DNA of 64,000 nucleotides from an uncultured Thiotrichaceae bacterium (GCA_902727985.1 CACVAY010000103.1:11086-75085); one strand, 5' to 3'. Positions 10,109-20,767 are shown, counted from the stretch's first letter. Notes: generated by a model not told the origin, from the letters alone. Numbers and translations are program-made.

Positions 10109-11188
10109 CTATTTAGCAATTTTCTTGATATATTCTCTCAGAGGGGTCTCAAATAATTTGTATGAAGCAATTGAGATTGCAATCAATACAACTAGGTATA
10201 AATAGAAATGTGCGGCCTCAGGTATTGCTAGATACTTGCCAATCGTTCGATCGTAAATTCCGTAAACAGGTCTTTGTAGAATATAAAGGGAATAACTGGC
10301 TTCGCCTAAAAGAATCAGGATGGGCAGGTTTAGTGTTTTTGCAATTACACCTTTATTGATCGCTAAGGCAACAATAAAGAGAAGAAATAAGGGGCCAATC
10401 AGTCCATTGGTGAGAGCAATATCTAGATTGAGTATAGCTATCTTGGCTGGTTGAGGTTGTGCAAGAAGTAGGATGAGAATGGCACTACTGACGAAGAGAA
10501 TTACATTGCTGTATTGGCCAAACGTAGTTTCAATTTTCTGACTGTTTTGTTTGAAATAAGCGCCGACAACAACACCTAGAATAAAGGCGTTAATATGCAT
10601 CAAAGGGTGGTAGTAAATAGCGTCATGCACCAGGTTTTTTGCTTGATAGGCCGTGCTATTTAACCAATAGGTGTGGATGAGTTGTGTAGTGAACCATAGT
10701 AAGAGTGCCAATAGTGTAACTTTCTTTAAACCAATGCGCTGAATGAATATCAGAATAAAAGGAAAGGCCGCGTAGAAAAATGCTTCAACCGATAAAGACC
10801 AGCCAGGAGAGTTGAGGCTGAGCGGGTAACCTGGAATCCAAGCCTGCAATAAACTCAAATTGAGCAATAAATCAGTGGTGAAACCGGGGTCTTTAAACTT
10901 CCCAGCAGCAACGAGTAGTAGCGCAAGTAAATAGACGGGATATATGCGGGCAAAACGTGCAATCCAGTATCGCTTTTTATTGAGCGTTTTCGATTGATCT
11001 GCTGAAAAATAGGCAATTGCCATAATGAAGCCAGAGAGCAGGTAGAAATAGTTGACAGCAATCGGGCCTGCTTGAAAGGCTTGACCAAAGAAAGGAATAT
11101 TGGCAGGAAATACTTCACTACCATAGTGAAAAAAGACAACCGTTAAGGCTGCCAGAAATCGCGTAAACGTTATTTGATTAAGATGCAA
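10109..11188 (-). CDS. Acyltransferase family 3 (OafA-like O-acyltransferase)
   Basis: Motifs RFLAALTVVFFH, RFARIYP, WSLSVEAFFY and LGEASYSLYI; multi-TM. Confidence 0.92.
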   Translation of the reverse strand: MHLNQITFTRFLAALTVVFFHYGSEVFPANIPFFGQAFQAGPIAVNYFYLLSGFIMAIAYFSADQSKTLNKKRYWIARFARIYPVYLLALLLVAAGKFKDPGFTTDLLLNLSLLQAWIPGYPLSLNSPGWSLSVEAFFYAAFPFILIFIQRIGLKKVTLLALLLWFTTQLIHTYWLNSTAYQAKNLVHDAIYYHPLMHINAFILGVVVGAYFKQNSQKIETTFGQYSNVILFVSSAILILLLAQPQPAKIAILNLDIALTNGLIGPLFLLFIVALAINKGVIAKTLNLPILILLGEASYSLYILQRPVYGIYDRTIGKYLAIPEAAHFYLYLVVLIAISIASYKLFETPLREYIKKIAK

Positions 11189-11213
11189 AGCTTAGGATGC
11201 TGACTATTGGTGC

Positions 11214-12599
11214 TTAGTAAGCATTTTTATCCGTGAAACCACGGAAAATCGTATAAATAATGATTTTTATATCTAACCAGAGTGACCACTCTCGCATGTA
11301 CTCTAAGTCAAACTCTAGACGTTTTCGCATCTTGTAAAGTGTGTCTGTTTCTCCGCGCCAACCATTAATTTGTGCCCAGCCAGTAATGCCGGGTTTTATT
11401 AAATGTCTCAGCATATAGCCTTGTAGTTGTGAGCGGTATTCTTCGTTATGCGCAATAGCATGAGGGCGCGGGCCAACAATCGACATATCGCCACGGATAA
11501 CGTTGAAAAATTGAGGGAGTTCATCAAGTGATGTTTTACGCAGAAATGCGCCAAACGGGGTGATGCGACTGTCATTACGGGTTGCTTGTTTTACTTTCTC
11601 ACCATTTTCGCATACTGACATGGTGCGAAATTTCCAGACATGAATTTTTTCACCTCCTAAACCATAGCGTTTTTGACGGAAAATGATGGGGCCAGATGAG
11701 GTGAATTTAATGGTTAGTCCAATAATAACCATTACTGGCATGATTAAGAGCAGTATGAGCGAGCTGATAAGAACGTCTTCTACGCGTTTGATAAAGGCAT
11801 TATGCGGTGAGAACGGCGAATCATAAATGCACAAGACAGGCGTTTTGACAATTTCAAGATATTTGCTTTGTAAAAGACTAGAGGTGAAGTAGTCAGGCAG
11901 CATACGAATAGGGGTTGCTGTATCAGAAAGTCGATCAAGTAAGTTGGAGATGCGTTTCTTTGATTCAATTGGTAAGGCCAAATAGACCTGGTCATACTCT
12001 CCTCGCTGAGCAACGGTAATTAAATCTGAGAAATTACCAAGGACTGGGTAGTGATCTCGGATTTCAGGACAGCTACCTGTTTCTGGGTCACCGTAAAAGC
12101 CCGCAACCTGATAACCAAAATCAGGGCTGGATTCTAGCTCTTTGGCAAAGCGCAGGCCGTTTTCAGTTAGTCCTGCGATAACAACGGTTTGATTGTTTAA
12201 TCCCATGGTTTTAAGGTAAGAGAAAAATCTTCTCAAACCATAGCGTGCTGTAATGAGCATCATGGGGGTTATGATTAACCATGATACTAAGGTTACACGA
12301 GAAAACTCAGAGCTGGTTTTAGAGATAAAACCGAAGAAAATCAATACGAGATAAACAAAAAACCAGTTGGCACTAATATGCAGGGCTTCTTCTTTAAAAG
12401 GGCGAGCAGTCCATGATGAATAGATATCGGTGAAGCGACCTATTACACCAAAAAGAATCAGACTAGATAATCCGGCAATGAGATAACCTTCTGGATAGTA
12501 ATAATCTGTATGCAAATAGGTAATGTAAAGTGCAGTGATAATAATCAGGGAGTCTACACCGCGATAGATAAGTTCTGCACTGATTCGTTTGTCATTCAC
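11214..12599 (-). CDS. wcaJ: Undecaprenyl-phosphate glucose phosphotransferase (priming glycosyltransferase)
   Basis: Four N-terminal TM segments and a C-terminal PGT domain with KFRTM, LRKTSLDELPQFFNV, VGPRP and KPGITGWAQINGWRG; GTG start. Confidence 0.9.
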   Translation of the reverse strand: MNDKRISAELIYRGVDSLIIITALYITYLHTDYYYPEGYLIAGLSSLILFGVIGRFTDIYSSWTARPFKEEALHISANWFFVYLVLIFFGFISKTSSEFSRVTLVSWLIITPMMLITARYGLRRFFSYLKTMGLNNQTVVIAGLTENGLRFAKELESSPDFGYQVAGFYGDPETGSCPEIRDHYPVLGNFSDLITVAQRGEYDQVYLALPIESKKRISNLLDRLSDTATPIRMLPDYFTSSLLQSKYLEIVKTPVLCIYDSPFSPHNAFIKRVEDVLISSLILLLIMPVMVIIGLTIKFTSSGPIIFRQKRYGLGGEKIHVWKFRTMSVCENGEKVKQATRNDSRITPFGAFLRKTSLDELPQFFNVIRGDMSIVGPRPHAIAHNEEYRSQLQGYMLRHLIKPGITGWAQINGWRGETDTLYKMRKRLEFDLEYMREWSLWLDIKIIIYTIFRGFTDKNAY

Positions 12600-12765
12600 G
12601 CTATGAAGCTCTCCAAAATTTCGTTACTTCTCGTCCTTGAAAAACGTACTTATCGGTTATCTACTGAACCATGAGTCGTTATTACTGTGGGTTAAGTTCA
12701 TCTGCTGGGCAATATACAGTAGATATTTGCGTAAGCAAATTTTAGAGGATTAACCAGCATTTCGT

Positions 12766-13590
12766 TTATCGTGAGGTGTGATCTTTTTCCCATCGATAGT
12801 TTTCGATGGCTTTAAATTGTTTTTTTGCTCTAAAACGAATAAATAATGCAATAAGCATATAAACAAAGGTTGGTATAGCGTCTTTACTCAACAATTTGTT
12901 CTTGAATGATACACCATATTTTGCTTTTTTGGGTTTTGCGCATAAATTAAGAGCATCAAGCTGCATATTACCCAATCGTGCCCGTGTTTTTATCTTGATC
13001 AACGAATACAGATTCTTAGGTGCCGTGATATGAATAGTTGTGCCGGCGATATTGGCTCTTTCTTGGCTTTCGAAACAACATCTCACATAACCATCGTCAT
13101 TGATAATGTCAGGAAATTTTTTGAAGCGCTTTCGCCCTTTTTTACTGAGGATAAAGCTGCATGTTCCGATGACGCCATCTTTTATATAGGGTAGTTCGAG
13201 CCAAGTTTTATAGTATTGACGAACTGGCCATGAAGATTGTGTGAGGTCGATATTCGGCGTAGGTGCTGAAAGCAAAATATCATTTTTTTCAACATGTGCA
13301 GAAATGAAAGCAACAGCATTCTCACTAATGCGTGTATCCGCATCAAGATAAAATACGGGGTAGCTTGTTATGTGTTGATCGGCTTCGTTGAGTGCATTGG
13401 TTTTAGAGGGTTTTTCAATATCAAGACAAATGGCTTCAGGATAATGTTCTCTGACAATATCAGCGGTATTATCACTACAGCCATTGCAGGCCACAATTAT
13501 TGTTTCAACATCTTTTTGATCAATAACGCTGTCAATGCAAGCACGTATCACCGTTTCTTCATTATGCGCAGGAATAATAATCGTTGCCAT
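12766..13590 (-). CDS. Glycosyltransferase family 2
   Basis: Motifs IIIPAHNEE, NGCSDNT and the YLDAD DxD motif. Confidence 0.92.
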   Translation of the reverse strand: MATIIIPAHNEETVIRACIDSVIDQKDVETIIVACNGCSDNTADIVREHYPEAICLDIEKPSKTNALNEADQHITSYPVFYLDADTRISENAVAFISAHVEKNDILLSAPTPNIDLTQSSWPVRQYYKTWLELPYIKDGVIGTCSFILSKKGRKRFKKFPDIINDDGYVRCCFESQERANIAGTTIHITAPKNLYSLIKIKTRARLGNMQLDALNLCAKPKKAKYGVSFKNKLLSKDAIPTFVYMLIALFIRFRAKKQFKAIENYRWEKDHTSR

Positions 13591-13591
13591 A

Positions 13592-14530
13592 TTATGCCCA
13601 GCCTTTTAACCAGTCGTGACGCGCTTTAAAAATGGTTTGCCATTCGGCAAGGCGTGCTTTTTTTTGTGGCTTAATTAAGCTAAGCAAGTGATGGGCTGCT
13701 AACTGGTTTAGAACATAGATATAGAGCAATCCGCGATGAAGAGGTCTTTCCAGTGGTTTTGAATGTCGATTAACCAGTTCTACCTTCGCTTTTAAGAGTT
13801 TGATCATCTTGCCAGACAAATTGACTTCACTGGCTCCTCCATGATGAATGATTTTCGCATCAGGTGTGATCAGAGGTTGTTTGCCCTTAGCGATGGCTTT
13901 TAGACAGTAATCACCTTCTTCTCCGTACATGAAAAAGGTTTCATCAAAGCCTCCGATTGTCTCCCATAATTCACGGGTTGTGAGGAAAAAGCAGCCTTGT
14001 AAGATATCGACCGTTTTTATGCTATCACGTTGCCAGCAGCCATAGTTTCCGCTATTAAAAAAACAACTGTTCTTGAAGATCTTACTGAAGCCCAAGGCAC
14101 TAAATAGTAATGTTTGTGTAGAAGGTCTGGCCCATGCGTTATGGGTATTGATGCTGCGATCATTATTAAGTGTGATGCCACCCCAAATGCCGTTTTCGGT
14201 GTTTTCTTTGGCGAAGGCATAGAGCTTATCAATGGCTCCATCCAGAATCACAGTATCAGGGTTAAGAAACAGTAATTGTTCAGAAGAATAAACGCGTGAA
14301 CCTATGTTAATACCACCAGCAAAGCCCGTGTTGTCTAGCGAGCGAACCAAATGCACATCAGGAAATTGTTTTTCGATCGCATCTGCTGAGCCATCATGTG
14401 AGTTATTGTCGACAACTATCAGGTTGAAGCTTGTGTCTTTGGTTTCTTCATAGACACTCGCAATCGCACGCAGCGTCATTTCTACGGTGTTATAAGAGAC
14501 TATGACGATGTCGAGTTGTTTAATCGTCAT
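13592..14530 (-). CDS. Glycosyltransferase family 2 (WbbL-like)
   Basis: Motifs IVIVSYN, VVDNNSHDGS, LNPD and GGFDETFFMYGEEGD. Confidence 0.92.
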   Translation of the reverse strand: MTIKQLDIVIVSYNTVEMTLRAIASVYEETKDTSFNLIVVDNNSHDGSADAIEKQFPDVHLVRSLDNTGFAGGINIGSRVYSSEQLLFLNPDTVILDGAIDKLYAFAKENTENGIWGGITLNNDRSINTHNAWARPSTQTLLFSALGFSKIFKNSCFFNSGNYGCWQRDSIKTVDILQGCFFLTTRELWETIGGFDETFFMYGEEGDYCLKAIAKGKQPLITPDAKIIHHGGASEVNLSGKMIKLLKAKVELVNRHSKPLERPLHRGLLYIYVLNQLAAHHLLSLIKPQKKARLAEWQTIFKARHDWLKGWA

Positions 14531-14975
14531 GTTTGATCATTCCGTAGGCAATAGTCTCGATGTTTTCTTTAATGACTCTAGCTGGGTTGCCGCCCACTGC
14601 GCTATTTGAAGGGATGTCTTTTGTGACTACACTTCCGGCTCCAACAATGACATGATCGCCAATAGTTACATTGGGTAAGATAATAGACCCCGCTCCGATA
14701 AAACAACATTCTCCAATAATTGTCTTTGCGTCATGGCGGCGTGTTGAAAAATCATGTGAAAGAATAATGGCATCAAAAGCAACGTAAGTTTTTGCGCCAA
14801 TATGTAATCCTTTGGGGTTGGTTTTATCAATACGGGCTTTGAATGAGATACGTACATCTTCAGCGATATCCATACCATAGATTTTTCGGAAATAGGCGGT
14901 GCGGAGTTTTAGAATGGTGTTGCGTATAGTTACCAGAACCATAAACATTCGTTGATTGATAAAGCGGGCGCGCAT
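14520..14975 (-). CDS. Left-handed beta-helix (hexapeptide) acetyltransferase
   Basis: Hexapeptide repeats IGECCFIGAGSIILPNVTIGDHVIVGAGSVV and a GNPAR motif. Confidence 0.9.
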   Translation of the reverse strand: MRARFINQRMFMVLVTIRNTILKLRTAYFRKIYGMDIAEDVRISFKARIDKTNPKGLHIGAKTYVAFDAIILSHDFSTRRHDAKTIIGECCFIGAGSIILPNVTIGDHVIVGAGSVVTKDIPSNSAVGGNPARVIKENIETIAYGMIKHDD

Positions 14976-14985
14976 GATTCTTGTC

Positions 14986-15915
14986 CTACATGGAGATAAC
15001 TGATTTTATCGGATAGTGGTCTGAATGCGAGAACTCAGAAAGTCGTTCGTAGCTTAAGACCTTAAACGGCGCCGAGAATAGCAGATAATCAATTTTGATG
15101 AAGGGGATGGGGGATAAAAACTCACTTCCAGGTGAGGGGTAGGTGAATAAGCCTTTATTTTTTGCAGCATGAAAGCTCGGAGTGAGAAACTGAAAAAATG
15201 ATTTCATCGCATCATTTTGTGGCGTTGAGTTAAAGTCACCGCAAACGATTTTATGGGGGTGCTCATTCTCCTGTACATCTGCTCGAAGCAAATTCATGAA
15301 TATGGTTTGATGATGTTCCAGGTGTAAGGACTTTGGGGAGTGAAGATTCCAGACCAGCACTTCTTGGCCACCAAGGTGCGTCTTTGTTTGCATATAGGGA
15401 GTGGTTTTTAGTGGTGTTAAGGGGGTTTTAGAAAGCACCATTAAGTTTTCTTCTTTCGCATAATTATGATGCATGTCGATGTTATGTGTTTTTAGTACCT
15501 TTTTGAAAACCTCATACTGATCAAAAGGCAACTCCTGTAAACACATAATATCAGCAGGGTTCTCTTTTAACACTTTTGCTACATCATCATACTTGTGGTT
15601 GGATTTATTCATGCTAAATGAAAGCAGAGTGAATTCTTTTTGTTGTTTCTCGTCGTAGCTTATGTGTTGAGTATTTTCTGATGCAATCATGGGTAGCCAG
15701 TAAGAAATGACAATAAAGAGTAGTGCTGGAATGAACCAAATGAGTTTTTTGCGATGAGCAATCAGTAAGTAGAGGGAAAAGCCAATACTCGCAAGCATGA
15801 AAAATGAGTATAAAAAATGTAGATATCTCACTACAAAGTAGTCGTCGCTGAGGATTAATTCAAGACCGATAAGTCCATAAAAAGCGCAAATAATAAGAAC
15901 GATAAATATATTCAT
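14986..15915 (-). CDS. Membrane-anchored endonuclease/exonuclease/phosphatase (EEP) family protein
   Basis: Three N-terminal TM segments followed by DIMCLQE, CGDFNS, IDY and SDHYP. Confidence 0.88.
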   Translation of the reverse strand: MNIFIVLIICAFYGLIGLELILSDDYFVVRYLHFLYSFFMLASIGFSLYLLIAHRKKLIWFIPALLFIVISYWLPMIASENTQHISYDEKQQKEFTLLSFSMNKSNHKYDDVAKVLKENPADIMCLQELPFDQYEVFKKVLKTHNIDMHHNYAKEENLMVLSKTPLTPLKTTPYMQTKTHLGGQEVLVWNLHSPKSLHLEHHQTIFMNLLRADVQENEHPHKIVCGDFNSTPQNDAMKSFFQFLTPSFHAAKNKGLFTYPSPGSEFLSPIPFIKIDYLLFSAPFKVLSYERLSEFSHSDHYPIKSVISM

Positions 15916-15939
15916 GATAGTTTATTGGTGATGATTTTC

Positions 15940-17199
15940 TTAGCCCTTCCGTTGATGAAGCCATGCTAAATGACCGATTTTTTCTTTTAAACCTGGATAA
16001 CGAATCCAGCCAATAGCGCCCATCGTGAAGAAGAACAATGGCTGTAATTTGCCAAAGTAATCAACAGTAAAGCCTATTAAAATGAGTGCCATAAATGATA
16101 ACAACCATGCATTGATCATCCAGCGATAAAGCTCGTGATGTGTGTGTAGTCGATTCATGACGTGAAATAATAGATAGATTGAACAAACTAGCAAAAGTAT
16201 CCCCGCAGGGATGCCATGTTGCATAGTCATGAGTAACCAAAAACTATCAATGCTGTAGTTAAGCCATTCAGGTCGAGACCATTCACTAACACCAATACCT
16301 AATAGAGGATTTTCCAGAATATCATCGGTTGCATAGCGCCACTGGAACAGGCGGTAATACCCTGTATTTGGATTGAATGTGAGATGGGAAATCAGTATCG
16401 CAAAAAAACCTCGGTTTGAAATCGTGCTGATGAGTAATGCGACAGAAATGCCGATGAATGCAAGTGACATCCAAAAGCGACGAGCGCCATTCCAGAAATT
16501 GGTAAGTAGGGCGCCAGAAGCCTGAAACACAGTTGAAAGCAACGGTGCAGAAGATAAAGTCAACAGCATGGAGGCGAATAACGCTACAGAAGTAACGATA
16601 TAACGTCCACGAAATGCATGTAACATTAACAAGATGGCAAATGGGAAGAATATAGCGGTAACAGTTCCATAGAGGATTGGATGTGCAAATACGTTTGTTG
16701 CACGCATAATACCGTTTCTGATGTAGTAATGTGTGAATAGGCTAGGGTCTAGAGAGTTATGGCCTGTAACGGCTGTTGCCCATTCATGCAGAATACGATG
16801 TTTGAAGAAGCTTTCGTAAACGCTGAACCCAGCTAGTAAGGTTAAAATAACGACAAAGGCGATATTAATCTGGAAAAAACGTTTTGGCGTGGTGATAAAA
16901 AAACGTGCCAGATAAAAAGCCCCAAGCACTTCAATAATGAAGATGCCTGCAGATTCAATGCCTTTTTGTAGGCCATGGTTGGCAATAAAACTCATGGTGG
17001 CCAATAGTGTAAAGCTAACCAATAAAATGTCGACTAGATCGGCTTGTTCAAGCAACTCTTTGAAATTGATGAAGGCATAGATCAGAGTCAGAATTAAAAC
17101 GATGCGATAGAGTTCTAAGCGCAGACCTCCTGCTGAGAAATAAAATTCGACAGGAATAAAAATCGAAAGAACAAATAATGCAGCGAGTGCTTTAATCAT
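15940..17199 (-). CDS. Wzy/O-antigen ligase-like polysaccharide polymerase
   Basis: Multi-TM protein with RATNVFAHPI and NPLLGIG, located in the EPS operon. Confidence 0.8.
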   Translation of the reverse strand: MIKALAALFVLSIFIPVEFYFSAGGLRLELYRIVLILTLIYAFINFKELLEQADLVDILLVSFTLLATMSFIANHGLQKGIESAGIFIIEVLGAFYLARFFITTPKRFFQINIAFVVILTLLAGFSVYESFFKHRILHEWATAVTGHNSLDPSLFTHYYIRNGIMRATNVFAHPILYGTVTAIFFPFAILLMLHAFRGRYIVTSVALFASMLLTLSSAPLLSTVFQASGALLTNFWNGARRFWMSLAFIGISVALLISTISNRGFFAILISHLTFNPNTGYYRLFQWRYATDDILENPLLGIGVSEWSRPEWLNYSIDSFWLLMTMQHGIPAGILLLVCSIYLLFHVMNRLHTHHELYRWMINAWLLSFMALILIGFTVDYFGKLQPLFFFTMGAIGWIRYPGLKEKIGHLAWLHQRKG

Positions 17200-18469
17200 G
17201 ATGTTTATATTTTACAAGCAATTTGTGGTGAAAGAAGAGTATTACAACCGAGCCCGCAAGGAAACCATTTGCTATTAATGTTGCGGTTGCCGCACCCTCC
17301 ATGCCGTAACGATTAATAAGGTAATAGTTGGCAAACAGGTTGATGATAAGGGACATTACCATAACGATGTTTAATCGTTTAACCTGATTCTCAATGATAA
17401 ACATAAATGAGAAGGTTAGGCTGGTTGCACGTAACCATTGCGCAGCCAGAAGAATCAGTAAAGCAAAAGTCGCCTGCTTAAATGTTTCACCAAATAACCC
17501 AAGAGCGGGTTTGGCGAGTACTGCCATAACGAGTGTCACTAATAATAAACCCAAGATGACTAAAGCCGTAGCTTTCCAGAAAAAAGATTGGAGTTTGTCT
17601 GGATGATTTTTACTGATATTGAGGAGTCTTGGGTAAATGGTTGCATCCAAAGCGCCTAAGAAAAATAGACTGATAAATGATATTTGAGCGGCTGTTGAGT
17701 ATAGGCCAACTTGTTCGCTATTGAGTAAAGCACCGACCATGACCGTATCAGAATACAACATGAAAAAAGGAAACAGAGATACTGGTGCAAGAGGTAAGGA
17801 TCGTTTGATGATCTGGGCAAAACGTGGAATGTTAGGTTGTTGTGCCCGCTTTCGGTTTAGCCAAGGGAGAATCACCATGACCGACAAGATGCCCGCAAGT
17901 ACATTTGAAGCGGTGTAAAGATTCAAATAGTTTTGGTTTTGTTGGAAGCTAGACCAAAAGATACCGATGAGTAGTAGAAAGCTAATCGCAGGAATAGCGT
18001 TTTGCACTAAAGCGGATGATGATGCCATGCGTAAACTTTTAAAGTAGAAGGCATTAATCGTCACTAGGTTGAAGAACAGAATGCCAATACCCGCCAGCAT
18101 CATATTTTGATGGGTAATATTCCCAAATAAGCTGTCAGCGATCCACGGGCTGAATAGCAACCAAAGGCTAATAAATACAAAAGAGGTAAAAAAGATGACG
18201 TGGTAACTATTTTTCAAGAACTGTGTGCCAAAGGTTTGTTGATGCTCTTCAACGCTGGCAATTTCTTTGACAATTAATTGCTCAATACCAATGCGGCTCA
18301 TCAATGCTGTGCCTGTTACCAATGTCAGTAACATTTTGACATCACCATAGTTCCCCAAGGTCAACATGCGGGCGAGAAGAATGTGCAGCGCAAAATTGAG
18401 CCCAACGCCAATAAAGCGAGCAATCATTGAGAGAAGGCTGTGGAGTAATAAACCTTTATCGGCTGACAT
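17192..18469 (-). CDS. Wzx-type polysaccharide flippase
   Basis: About 12 TM segments with LARMLTLGNYG, VGLYSTA and YGMEGAATAT. Confidence 0.88.
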   Translation of the reverse strand: MSADKGLLLHSLLSMIARFIGVGLNFALHILLARMLTLGNYGDVKMLLTLVTGTALMSRIGIEQLIVKEIASVEEHQQTFGTQFLKNSYHVIFFTSFVFISLWLLFSPWIADSLFGNITHQNMMLAGIGILFFNLVTINAFYFKSLRMASSSALVQNAIPAISFLLLIGIFWSSFQQNQNYLNLYTASNVLAGILSVMVILPWLNRKRAQQPNIPRFAQIIKRSLPLAPVSLFPFFMLYSDTVMVGALLNSEQVGLYSTAAQISFISLFFLGALDATIYPRLLNISKNHPDKLQSFFWKATALVILGLLLVTLVMAVLAKPALGLFGETFKQATFALLILLAAQWLRATSLTFSFMFIIENQVKRLNIVMVMSLIINLFANYYLINRYGMEGAATATLIANGFLAGSVVILFFHHKLLVKYKHHD

Positions 18470-18663
18470 GTGGAAATATGGTGAGAAACTTTGAAGCGGC
18501 GATTATATGCTGATGCAGAGGTAACGGCAATCCATACCGCTAAGGCTATTCCGTTATGTTTTTACGGAGATTTAGGTGTTTCTGGTATGAAGAAATAATT
18601 CGCCTAAGCAAGACTGAGTCGATAGGATTGCCAGCAATGAATATTCTTACAGGCGTTTAGGTC

Positions 18664-18915
18664 GTGATGAAAACAACTGAAAATACACTGAATTTATTTT
18701 TAGAGTGGATAGGAACGGTGATGGCTGTTTCTGCTGCTATTTTGCTTGCGATAAATATTCCTATCAGTGGTTGGGCGTATGTGTTTTATCTTGTATCGAG
18801 TGTTTTATTGATGTGGTGGGGGTTTAGAAGAAAAGCCTATGGAATTGCGATGCAAAACGTAGTATTTATTGTGATTAATATTATTGGCATTTATCGTTGG
18901 TTGATTATCGCCTGA
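18664..18915 (+). CDS. Small 3-TM membrane protein
   Basis: 83 aa with three hydrophobic segments and an NIIGIYRW tail. Confidence 0.7.
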   Translation: MMKTTENTLNLFLEWIGTVMAVSAAILLAINIPISGWAYVFYLVSSVLLMWWGFRRKAYGIAMQNVVFIVINIIGIYRWLIIA

Positions 18916-18953
18916 GGAGAACGGATCTTCTCCTCCAACAGGATGAGCTATGA

Positions 18954-19484
18954 TTAAAGACTTTGTCTTTGAATGTAAGCTTTGATTTCTGTCGGTCGGA
19001 TATTGCCAGATTGCATCGCTTTCAATTTTCCAGCGGGTGAAAAAATCAGGTAGGTTGGAGCACCTGATAGTGGTTTTTTTGCTATTTTTCGAACATAGGA
19101 GTCAAAGTCATTAATATTTGTAAGTAAGGTAGGGAAATTTACTTCAAAACTATCAATGAAACCTTTCGCTTTTTTTAGGTCGTTATCTAAAGATACGCCA
19201 ACGAGTGTCGTGTTTGGCATAGAGTTAGCTGACTCCACTAATTCAGGCATGGTGTCTTTGCATGTTCCACATTCAGAGTGCCAAGCTTCAACAACAACCC
19301 ACTGACCTTTACCCACATATTTAGATAATGCGGCAGGTTGCCCTTGCATATCGGTCATGCTCGCTTGGGAAGTGTTGGCGATAATTAAAAGTGTGAGGAA
19401 GGGGAGAAATGCAAATAGTTTCAGGTGAGATGTCATGCTATAAATCAAGTTGCTAAGAACAGAATAGGATTTTCTAAAAGACAT
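18954..19484 (-). CDS. Exported TlpA-like thioredoxin (disulfide reductase)
   Basis: Signal peptide plus WHSECGTC (CxxC), VGVSLD and a GAPTYLI cis-Pro loop. The true start may be downstream (MTSHLK). Confidence 0.85.
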   Translation of the reverse strand: MSFRKSYSVLSNLIYSMTSHLKLFAFLPFLTLLIIANTSQASMTDMQGQPAALSKYVGKGQWVVVEAWHSECGTCKDTMPELVESANSMPNTTLVGVSLDNDLKKAKGFIDSFEVNFPTLLTNINDFDSYVRKIAKKPLSGAPTYLIFSPAGKLKAMQSGNIRPTEIKAYIQRQSL

Positions 19485-19899
19485 AAAAGGCAGCGATTTT
19501 GGTAAGATGTTTAATAGGTGGCAAAAAAATCGTTTGCTTTATATCACCGTTTTATAATATTAACAAGTTGTATGATATAAAAAGGAATGGTGCTTTTCTG
19601 TCAAAACAGGTTTGTATTTTAAAAGTAACACTTTCTGTTGATAGTATTGACAATAATGTACTATATACAACATATTTATACGTGTTTTTTCTCATTAAAG
19701 GAGTGTCTGATTAAGTGAGGAGCTGGGGGTTTTCATTAGGAAAATTATTCAGATTTGTTGCTTGAGAGAAGATCACATAGGTTCTGTTTGTAATTCATTG
19801 ACAGATTCTAGGGGGTTAGAAAATCTAATTATCTCCCTCGTTATTTATTCAGATGCCCTTTAACTTATTCAGTGACTCAGTGTCACCAAAGGAGCTACT

Positions 19900-20448
19900 A
19901 TGACAGACTCAACGTTAGATTTATCCAGACGAAGGTTTTTTTACACGTCCACAGCTTTACTTGCCGGAGTAATGGTGGGTAAAAGTGCTTGGGCTGAAGA
20001 AGAGCCTGAAAAAGGTAAAGAACCAGATCAAATCACATCTCGTCCTGCTGAAGGGGATTGTCCACTAAATAGTGGCGGGGCATCCCTGTTGAATTCAGAA
20101 TGGAAAGTTGAATCAGTTTACGGTAATAAAATTCCGGATGTGGTGACGATGAACTTAAAAGTAGGTCAGACAACGTTATCTGGAGAAGCTGGCTGTAATA
20201 GTTACAATGCAATTTTTCAACAAGTTGGATATACAGGGTTTAAGATCACGGAGATCAATAAAGGTAAAAAAGGGTGTCGAATCGTCAATTCTTACCCTAG
20301 TGGGCCTACAGTAAACGTTGGTGATCTAGAAAACGGGTATTTGCGCACATTGCGTCGTATGGGAAGTGTTCAACAGTTTGAAAATAAGCTCGTCTTTTAT
20401 AATCGGAATGGAGATAAAGCGATTGAAATGACCAAAGTCAGTACTTAG
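19900..20448 (+). CDS. Tat-exported META/HslJ-domain protein
   Basis: SRRRFF twin-arginine motif, AWA cleavage site and the META signature SGEAGCNSY; AAGGAG RBS. Confidence 0.85.
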   Translation: MTDSTLDLSRRRFFYTSTALLAGVMVGKSAWAEEEPEKGKEPDQITSRPAEGDCPLNSGGASLLNSEWKVESVYGNKIPDVVTMNLKVGQTTLSGEAGCNSYNAIFQQVGYTGFKITEINKGKKGCRIVNSYPSGPTVNVGDLENGYLRTLRRMGSVQQFENKLVFYNRNGDKAIEMTKVST

Positions 20449-20480
20449 AAGGCATTTTTTAAAGATACAGTCTCAGATAC

Positions 20481-20509
20481 AGAGGTGCTGAATATATTTA
20501 GCGCCTTTG
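20481..20509 (+). terminator. Probable terminator hairpin after the META gene
   Basis: AGGTGCTGAA...TTTAGCGCCT stem with G-U pairs, followed by a short T run. Confidence 0.45.
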
Positions 20510-20767
20510 CTATGATTTTTCTATACAGCGGTCGTTGTATTCTTGGCTTTTTAGCCTCAATTTTATTCGAAACTCCTGAAGCTCTCCTTTGCTTTAATGA
20601 ATTTACTCAGATATTCGGCCGTTTATTCATCTGTGAAATGATGCAGAAGTAACCATTAATCCGTCCTCTAAATTCTTCTGTAGAGATATCACTAGGCATT
20701 ATCAGTGGTTTGGTCAATGCTCCGATAGAGTCATTTTTTCGCATATTAACGTGTAGTCACGAGGTAA

